This document shows, in pieces, positions 8,983 through 14,978 of a DNA stretch of 14,978 bases. Position 1 is the stretch's first letter. Each line of letters begins with the position of its first letter. Both the position numbers and the translations under genes were made by a program. The notes beneath the pieces were generated by a model, which did not search any database, had not been told where the DNA came from, and was given only the letters and a program-made list of their open reading frames with translations. The stretch comes from Candidatus Methylomirabilota bacterium (GTDB taxonomy: Bacteria; Methylomirabilota; Methylomirabilia; Rokubacteriales; CSP1-6), in NCBI GenBank assembly GCA_046726415.1, contig JBKPAK010000264.1:1-14978 (forward strand). The letters are read 5' to 3'.

Positions 8983-9540
8983 TCACGCCTCCGCGAGCAA
9001 CCGCTCCACCCGACTCAGCAGTGGGCTTGCCAGCAGGGCCGGCTTGTGAACCGGCAGGTCGACCCACACCGGGAACTCCCGCCCGGTGATCTTGCGGACC
9101 TTGGTGACGCCGCCCAGAGACATCATGGTGGGCCACGAGTCCGAGAGCGCGGGGTGGGCCAGCAGTAGCAGTCCGCGCCCCAGGTACGCATCGGCCATAC
9201 CCGGCAAGGTCACATCCGCCTCAGCCAGCGCCTCGGCCCACTCGTCAGACGTGAGAAACCGCCGGCCCGATCCGGCCTGCCACGCCAGGGCGGGACACAA
9301 GCCCGATCCCGTCTCCTGCAGGGCCGCCAGCCAGTGCACGCGGGCGCGGGCGAGGAAGCGGCGATAGGCGTCGCCGACGCCCTGCGCGCCGTCCTCGTGC
9401 TCCTTGAGGAGGATCGATGGAAAAGGCGAATCCGGAAGGCTATAGGCGCGGATCAGCGATCCCGGCGCGGGGCAGCCGAAGGGGGCCACCCGCGCCAGGA
9501 AGCTCGACAGCCTCTCGCCTCGGAGGACTGCCTCCGGCAT
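8983..9540 (-). CDS. Hypothetical protein (~185 aa)
   Basis: Open frame with GC-rich third positions filling an otherwise empty gap, convergent with the MmgE/PrpD gene. No recognisable domain. The start is uncertain (ATG 9540, GTG 9549 or further upstream) and there is no clear RBS. Confidence 0.6.
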   Translation of the reverse strand: MPEAVLRGERLSSFLARVAPFGCPAPGSLIRAYSLPDSPFPSILLKEHEDGAQGVGDAYRRFLARARVHWLAALQETGSGLCPALAWQAGSGRRFLTSDEWAEALAEADVTLPGMADAYLGRGLLLLAHPALSDSWPTMMSLGGVTKVRKITGREFPVWVDLPVHKPALLASPLLSRVERLLAEA

Positions 9541-9732
9541 GGTGAGCACATAGTGGATGGTGCGCGACCTGATGACGGAAGTCAGCAATACGTCGCCGAC
9601 CGGCCACCCCTGGCCATCTCGCCTGTCATCGAGGCCGATCTCCGCGCGGCGACAGAGCCGTCGCCGGAGCCGGCCGCTGCTCGAACCCATCACTTATACT
9701 CCTCCCCACACCTGGCGCTCCGCGGCCCGCGA

Positions 9733-9761
9733 TTGCGCCGTCGAAGAGTTACGGATAGCAT
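9733..9761 (+). promoter_or_regulatory. Putative sigma70-type promoter of the Rdx selenoprotein gene
   Basis: TTGCGC (9733-9738), a 17-nt spacer, then TAGCAT (9756-9761), 30 nt upstream of ATG 9792. Confidence 0.55.
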
Positions 9762-9791
9762 GCGTGGCATCGCTCGCCAAGGAGGATTCGC

Positions 9792-10085
9792 ATGGCCGAA
9801 GGTAAGGTTCACGTCGAGATCGTGTACTGCGTCGTCTGAGGGTACTTCCCGGTGGCCGTCAGTGTGGCGGCCGAACTGTCCTCGATCAACTACCGCGAAA
9901 CGGCAATCACGTTGACCCCCTCCGACACTGGGCGGTTCGAAGTGTACCTGGACGGCAAGAAGGTCTACGACCGAAAGGAGCCAGGGGCGGTGGACTTCCT
10001 GCCTGCGCTTCGAGAGATTCACAAGATCCGGGACAGCATCCGCCAGATCTTTGCGGACGCGCCGCCCGCGCCCGCATCCCACTGA
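9792..10085 (+). CDS. Rdx family (SelW/SelT/SelH-like) selenoprotein, 97 aa, Sec at codon 16 (TGA 9837-9839), CxxU motif
   Basis: AAGGAGG RBS at 9779-9785. Translation: MAEGKVHVEIVYCVV-U-GYFPVAVSVAAELSSINYRETAITLTPSDTGRFEVYLDGKKVYDRKEPGAVDFLPALREIHKIRDSIRQIFADAPPAPASH. It is in frame with ORF-track 9852..10085 and matches the Rdx pattern 'I.YC..(C/U)...A..LA.EL...L.P...G.FEV..DG...Y.RK'. Confidence 0.9.
9850..9878 (+). promoter_or_regulatory. Putative bacterial SECIS element (selenocysteine insertion hairpin)
   Basis: Stem GGCCGUCA (9854-9861) pairs with UGGCGGCC (9865-9872) around a GUG loop (9862-9864). It can extend via CGGU (9850-9853)/ACUG (9875-9878) around a GA bulge. The loop GU lies 23-24 nt after the UGA. 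Confidence 0.7.
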
Positions 10086-10170
10086 AGAGCTCCGCCTCGG
10101 AACTGGCTCAGGAGGACGGGCGCCGCGGTGCCGTACCGCTCCGCGCCCGGCCTGTGAGGGGAGAGCGACC

Positions 10171-10527
10171 ATGGCCTTTGGCCTCCACCATGTGCACCTG
10201 AAGACCCGGGATCCCAAGCAAACGATGCAGTTCTACGTGGACAACCTCGGCGCGACCTTGATCGCCGAGGTCGGTTCTCGCGGCTACCGCGTGAACCTGC
10301 ACGGGCTGACCCTCAACATCACCACCCTCATCGACACCCAGCGCCGTGAGCAGCACTACGGCATGGAGCACATCGCCGTCGACACCGACGACTATCCGGG
10401 GACCTTGGCCCGGCTCCGGGCCAACGGCGTGCAAATCCTCGAGGAGCTGCCGCCCGCCAACGGCCGTCGCGTCTGCTTCCTCGAGGCCCCCGACGGAGCG
10501 CAGATCGAAGTCATCGAGAAGGTGTAA
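10171..10527 (+). CDS. VOC family (glyoxalase-like) protein, 118 aa
   Basis: GAGGGGAGAG RBS before ATG 10171. Motifs 'LHHVHLKTRDP....QFYVDNLGA', 'GMEHIAV' and 'FLEAPDGAQIEVIE'. Confidence 0.88.
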   Translation: MAFGLHHVHLKTRDPKQTMQFYVDNLGATLIAEVGSRGYRVNLHGLTLNITTLIDTQRREQHYGMEHIAVDTDDYPGTLARLRANGVQILEELPPANGRRVCFLEAPDGAQIEVIEKV

Positions 10528-10529
10528 CG

Positions 10530-11273
10530 GTGGGCGTCCGGCGCCCATCCCCAACGGGGGACATCGTCAAGCAACAGGTCGCCGCCCACTGGGATCGGCG
10601 GGCACCGCACTTCGACGCGGACTTCGGTCACAGCATTCGCACAAAGGCCGAGCGCGCGGCCTGGGACCGCATCCTGGATCTCGTCCTCCCGGGCCGAGGC
10701 CCGCTCGACGCGCTCGACGCCGGCTGTGGTACCGGCTTTCTCACCTTCGAGCTCGGGGCCCGCGGTCACCGCGTCACCGGCGTCGACTTCGCTCCGGCGA
10801 TGATCGCCGAGGCGCGGCGCAAGGCGGCGGAGCGCGGTGTCTCCGTCCGGTTCGAGGAAGCCGACGCCGAGCAGCTCCCGTTCACCCCGGGCAGCTTCGA
10901 CCTCGCCATCAGCCGCCATCTGCTCTGGACGCTCCCGCACCCGGAGGCGGCAATCGACGAGTGGATCCGGATCCTCCGACCGGGAGGCCGCCTCGTCGTG
11001 GTCGACGGGCAGTTCGACGCGAGCGCCACGCCGCCGTCGACGGAGAATGCCCGCACGAGCCCTGAGTACGCGGCGGTCGGCGACCAGCTCCCCTTCCTCG
11101 GGGGCCGGTCGCGGGAGGAGATCGAGGCCCTGCTGAAGGCCCATGGCCTCGTGAATGTCGTGAGCGATCCCCTGCTCGATCTCGTCGCGGCCCAGGAGCA
11201 GCGAATGCTCGAGGAGGGGCTGGAGAGGCGTATGCGCCGGCGTTACGTCGTCTGGGGCGACACCGCGCGCTGA
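10530..11273 (+). CDS. Class I SAM-dependent methyltransferase
   Basis: Motif I 'LDAGCGTG', 'VTGVDFAPAMI', 'ADAEQLPF..GSFDL' and 'EWIRILRPGGRLVVVD'. The GTG start is 2 nt after the VOC stop; the exact start is uncertain. Confidence 0.9.
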   Translation: MGVRRPSPTGDIVKQQVAAHWDRRAPHFDADFGHSIRTKAERAAWDRILDLVLPGRGPLDALDAGCGTGFLTFELGARGHRVTGVDFAPAMIAEARRKAAERGVSVRFEEADAEQLPFTPGSFDLAISRHLLWTLPHPEAAIDEWIRILRPGGRLVVVDGQFDASATPPSTENARTSPEYAAVGDQLPFLGGRSREEIEALLKAHGLVNVVSDPLLDLVAAQEQRMLEEGLERRMRRRYVVWGDTAR

Positions 11274-11361
11274 CATCGAGGAGCGCCCCGAGTTTCCCGG
11301 TGCACAACTAAGCGCGAGGGAGCTTAGGGCCAATCTGCCGGAAGGCAAGAGGAGGCTTGCC

Positions 11362-12298
11362 ATGTCTGGTGGTGTCAGTCGCGTGTCGTCCCGCATCGAG
11401 CAACTGGCTCCAGAGCTGGACAAGATCGTCGCTCCATCAGAGCCGATCCAGGAGCTGGCCGATGGATTTGGCGGCGCCCAGGGGCCGGCCGAAGGACCGC
11501 TGTGGTGGAAGGAAGGCCGCTATCTGCTGTTCAGTGACATTCACAACAACAAGCGCATGAAGTATGTACCCGGCCAAGGCGTCTCCGTGTTCCATGAGCC
11601 GACCAACCGAGCCAATGGGCTGACCAGGGACCTCCAGGGCCGGCTCCTCGCCTGCGAGCACGATACCCGGCGGGTCACTCGACAAGAGCTCGACGGCAGC
11701 CTCACCGTGATCGCCAACAGCTTCCAGGGGGCGAAGGCTCAACCGTCCCAACGATGTGGTGGTCAAGTCCGACGGCTGCATCTACTTCACCGACCCCTGG
11801 ACCAGCCCCGCCGCGGCCGAGCAGTGGGACCTGACCTTTGCCGGCGTGTACCGCGTCACGCCCGATCTTGGCACCCTGACCCTGCTCATCGATGACTTTG
11901 TGTTGCCCAACGGCCTCGCGTTCTCTCCGGATGAAAGCGTGCTCTACATCAACGACACTCGCCGCGGCCACATCCGGGCATTCGACCTTCTGCCCAACGG
12001 CACCCTCGCGAAACACACCGACCGCGTCTTTGCCGACCTGCGGGGAGGGGAGCCCGGCGTCCCCGACGGTATGAAGGTGGACGTGGAAGGCAACGTCTAT
12101 TGCGGCGGAGCCGGGGGGCTATGGATCATGGATCCGAACGGCAAGAAGCTGGGCCGCATCGCCCACGGGGCTCCGGCCACCACCAACCTCGCCTTCGGCG
12201 GCGATGACTGGAAGACCCTGTACTTCACGAGCCGGAACCACCTGGGCGCGGTCAAGGTGAAGATCCCCGGAATCCCCGTGCCAACCCCGAAAAAGTAG
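11362..12298 (+). pseudogene. SMP-30/gluconolactonase/LRE family protein with a +1 frameshift in the G5 run at 11727-11731 (sequence error or recent pseudogene)
   Basis: The N-half (11362 frame) has 'AEGPLW', 'LFSDI' and 'ANGLTRDLQGRLLACEH'. The C-half (11756 frame) has 'PNGLAFSPDE', 'PDGMKVDVEGN' and 'TNLAFGGDD'. Deleting one G gives the continuous conserved 'FQGRRLNRPNDVVVKSDG'. Confidence 0.88.
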
Positions 12299-13216
12299 AT
12301 GGCCCTGAAAGACGCGGTCGCCCTGGGCGTGTCCCTGCCCCATCGGTCCCCCGACTCCATAGACATGGTGGCGGTGCGCCAGGTCGCCCAGCGCGCCGAC
12401 GCCCTGGGGTTCCGCGACCTGTGGGTGACGGAAAATACCCTGGACCACGTCTTCTGCTTCGACCCCGTGGTGGTGCTGACCTACGCGGCCGCGGTCACCA
12501 CGGCCATCCGGCTTGGTGTGGCCGTGGTCGTCTTGCCCGTCCACAATCCGATCTCCGTTGCGCACCAGATGGCGACCTTGGACTACGTGAGCAACGGCCG
12601 GGCGATCCTCGGCGTTGGATTGGGCCGAGACCACCACTACACCCAGTTCCAGGTGTCTCGGGACCTCCGCGTGAGGCGGTTCCGCGAAGGAGTTGATCTC
12701 ATCAAGGCGCTGTGGACCCAGCCGAAGGTCAGCTATCGGGGCAGCATCTTTCAGCTCGAAGGCACCATGACCCCCAAGCCGGTGCAGAAGCCGCATCCGC
12801 CGATCTGGTTGGGCGGTGGCCATCCCGACGCGCTCCGCCGCGCCGCCACCATCGCCGACGGATGGATGGGCGCCGGCGGGTCGAGCACGGCTGACTTCTC
12901 CAGAAGTGTCCCCCTGCTGCGGTCACTTCTCGAAAAGGCCGGGCGAGATCCGGCTTCATTCCCCATCTCCAAGCGCGTCTTTCTGTCGGTGCACGAGCGC
13001 TCTGAGGTGGCTCGGGCCGAGCTCCACCGCTGGTTCAGCACCGTGTACCACAACCCCGATGGGACCGATGCCTCCGGTGTCCACGGCGCGCCGGAGCAGG
13101 TGCGGGAGCGGCTCGAAGAGCTGGTGGCGATGGGCGCCAACCACCTCCTCCTCAACCCCGTCGGCCGCTATGCCGAGCAACTCGAAGCGCTGGCCGCGCT
13201 GGTGGGCTTCCACTAG
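12299..13216 (+). CDS. LLM-class flavin (possibly F420)-dependent oxidoreductase
   Basis: The ATG abuts the preceding TAG. Motifs 'ADALGFRDLWVTE', 'DPVVVLTYAAAVTTAIRLG', 'ATLDYVSNGRAILGVGLG', 'PKPVQKPHPPIWLGG' and 'ALRRAATIADGW'. Confidence 0.92.
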   Translation: MALKDAVALGVSLPHRSPDSIDMVAVRQVAQRADALGFRDLWVTENTLDHVFCFDPVVVLTYAAAVTTAIRLGVAVVVLPVHNPISVAHQMATLDYVSNGRAILGVGLGRDHHYTQFQVSRDLRVRRFREGVDLIKALWTQPKVSYRGSIFQLEGTMTPKPVQKPHPPIWLGGGHPDALRRAATIADGWMGAGGSSTADFSRSVPLLRSLLEKAGRDPASFPISKRVFLSVHERSEVARAELHRWFSTVYHNPDGTDASGVHGAPEQVRERLEELVAMGANHLLLNPVGRYAEQLEALAALVGFH

Positions 13217-13835
13217 GCGACAAGCCCTGCGCTCGAACGAGCAGTGGGCGGCGCGCTACCCATCCGGTGCGGGAACGCGACGGCCTCCATTGCCTGCTGG
13301 ATCACCACGGCTTCTCCCTAGCGTCGTCGTCATCACTGAAAGCAAGCGGCATGATGTGCGGGTTGGCCCGCACCTTGCGCGCCGACGCGGCCCCGTCGGC
13401 GCATGGACCGCGGGACTACGCCTGGTTTGGGCAGCTGACGCTCAGAACACCGGATGCAAGGCACCGCATTCCTTTTTCGGTCATACTCTCTCTGAAGGCA
13501 ATCGCCGCCGTGCTTTACCAGCCAGTTCCCGGATCTTCAGATCGAAGCTCGTTTTACCCGGAGCCCTGCAAAGCGTCGTGTCGCCGTGTCGCTGGCTTTC
13601 TGTGCACCGCGCTTGGTGCTGCGCCCACTGCGACCGCGGCCAAACCTGTGGACCAACGACCGCGCCTTTGGCGCTGCGACTTGATTGGGAATGGCGTCGT
13701 GTAGCCCACGGTCTGCGTCCATCATTGGTCCTTATCTGCATGGCTTGCTGCTCGGATTCTGGCCACTGGAGGAGTGGTCTGACCTTCACGAGCGCGGCTG
13801 TGGTCATTTCACGTATCGGGCCGGTAAAATAATCC

Positions 13836-13865
13836 TTGACGAAGAAGCTGGGAGTTTCCTATTGT
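13836..13865 (+). promoter_or_regulatory. Putative sigma70-type promoter
   Basis: TTGACG (13836-13841), an 18-nt spacer, then TATTGT (13860-13865). It is preceded by AT-rich TAAAATAAT, which is rare in this GC-rich DNA. Confidence 0.5.
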
Positions 13866-13905
13866 TCCTCCCACTTCCCTGACCGTGGCTCTTCGGGGGG
13901 GGCTG

Positions 13906-14136
13906 ATGGCTTTCCGGAGCGAGTCCGTCCAGCCGGACGTGCAGGTGAGGCCGCTGACTGCGGTCACTTTGCTCGTTCACCTGCTCGGCGCCCGCATCTT
14001 TGGGAGAGTGTTCCGTACTGAGAATTGGACAGGCAAGGACGCCGCCGACGCAAATTTGAGGCGGCGTCGTTCGACCGTCCTGGCACTCCCGTGCCCCGCG
14101 CGCTTTGATCTGCGGGGCGCGAACGTCTTCCTCTGA
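13906..14136 (+). CDS. Possible small hypothetical protein (76 aa)
   Basis: ATG 13906 follows a G8 run (13895-13902) just downstream of the putative promoter. No recognisable domain, and it overlaps strong RNA hairpins, so it may be non-coding. Confidence 0.2.
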   Translation: MAFRSESVQPDVQVRPLTAVTLLVHLLGARIFGRVFRTENWTGKDAADANLRRRRSTVLALPCPARFDLRGANVFL

Positions 14137-14275
14137 CGCTCCGGACCGGGTGGACTCGAGACGACCTACCGTCGGGAAAAGGCTCGAGGAAGGCGACCCA
14201 TTGCAAACTCTGAAGAGAACCGAAGTTACGGGCGAAGCCCGCGACGTCACTACTGGCTCAGCGGAGGAGAGGACA

Positions 14276-14827
14276 ATGCGAACGGTGATGTGGCTTCTGC
14301 TCTTGACGGTCGCTCTGGTGGGTTCTGGCATGTACGTTCCCCAGGTCCTTGCCGCAGACGACGATGGCTCGGAAACGCAGGCCTGGACACAGTCATTGTT
14401 TCCGTTCAGTTTCTTCCCGACCTCCCTCTATCTCGTAACCTTCATGAAGTCTCGGACCGCGGACCCCATCCGGTCAGCGACCGTCGTGAGTGTCACGAAT
14501 CAGGTCGGTGGTCGCACCTGTCAGGTGTCAGTAGACTGGTTCCGGGGTTTCGAGTCGACCCCCGCGTGTACCACCTCATTTAGCTTGGGAGCGGGATTTC
14601 AGACCGACTTCTGTTCCCGGGCGATTCCCGATGCACTGACGAGTTGCAACGCGACCTGCACGCCCGACCTCACTTTTCACGAAGGGAAAGCGGTGGTGAA
14701 GGCCGATTGCAAGCAGCTTGGGGTGAGTGCCCGTGTGTACTACACCACAGGGGCCACGGACAGCGCCGTGACCGCGATCACTGACTCTAGAATCGTGCCA
14801 TGCGGCCTCTTCGTCTGCGACGAATGA
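14276..14827 (+). CDS. Secreted Cys-rich hypothetical protein (183 aa)
   Basis: GGAGGAGAGG RBS before ATG 14276. Signal-peptide-like N-terminus 'MRTVMWLLLLTVALVGSG...VLA/ADDD'. The mature part has 8 Cys and is Thr/Ser/Val-rich, suggesting beta strands. Confidence 0.8.
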   Translation: MRTVMWLLLLTVALVGSGMYVPQVLAADDDGSETQAWTQSLFPFSFFPTSLYLVTFMKSRTADPIRSATVVSVTNQVGGRTCQVSVDWFRGFESTPACTTSFSLGAGFQTDFCSRAIPDALTSCNATCTPDLTFHEGKAVVKADCKQLGVSARVYYTTGATDSAVTAITDSRIVPCGLFVCDE

Positions 14828-14978
14828 TGTCGGCGGACGAGTCGCCCGATGAGAAGGGACTTCAACACGCAGGAAAGTACTTGACCTTCACATGACCGAT
14901 TAAGCAGAGGCCGTCAGATGAAGGCCGTGAGTGCTCGCAAACGTAGTCGTGAATGGCTTTGATCGGGAAGCGTACGCT

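Noticed and set aside
9852-10085. 77-aa ORF starting at GTG 9852 as a stand-alone gene
   Set aside because: It has no good RBS and lacks the Rdx active site. It is the post-UGA part of the selenoprotein starting at 9792.
9792-11273. Arsenic detox module (ArsI-like VOC plus ArsM methyltransferase plus redoxin)
   Set aside because: The methyltransferase has only one Cys (in motif I) and the VOC protein has one Cys. ArsM and ArsI need multiple conserved cysteines.
13267-13832. ORFs 13267..13704 (+), 12816..13832 (+) and 13481..13807 (-)
   Set aside because: No RBS, atypical codon usage and no recognisable domains or transposase motifs. Treated as non-coding or a degenerate remnant.
14081-14095. 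Sigma54 promoter (TGGCAC...TGC)
   Set aside because: The GG-to-GC spacing is 9 nt rather than the required 10.
14030-14245. Canonical c-di-GMP-I riboswitch call
   Set aside because: Only short word matches (GCAAA, GACGCAAA) are present. I could not assemble the GNRA-capped P2 and tetraloop-receptor P3, so it is kept only as an uncharacterised structured leader.
1-14978. CRISPR array, tRNA (including tRNA-Sec), rRNA or IS element
   Set aside because: No regularly spaced repeats, cloverleaf with T-loop consensus, terminal inverted repeats or transposase were seen by eye.

Overview
High-GC bacterial DNA packed with catabolic and redox enzyme genes: an amidohydrolase (5'-truncated), a beta-hydroxyacid dehydrogenase, a cupin, two VOC/glyoxalases, a NylB-like serine hydrolase, two luciferase-like monooxygenases, an alpha/beta hydrolase, a PaaK-like CoA ligase, an MmgE/PrpD protein, a SAM methyltransferase and an SMP-30/gluconolactonase split by a +1 G. 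The gene mix resembles Rokubacteria/Tectomicrobia-type soil genomes, but that is inference only. The main hidden feature, missed by the ORF track, is an Rdx (SelW/SelT/SelH-like) selenoprotein gene at 9792-10085. It has a sigma70-like promoter, an AAGGAGG RBS, an in-frame TGA forming a CxxU motif (YCVVU) and a SECIS-like hairpin just downstream, and it heads a run of VOC and methyltransferase genes. The last ~1.7 kb looks more AT-rich and holds a hairpin-rich non-coding stretch and a Cys-rich secreted protein of unknown function. No rRNA, tRNA, CRISPR array or transposase was recognised. All family calls are from motif recognition by eye, not database searches.
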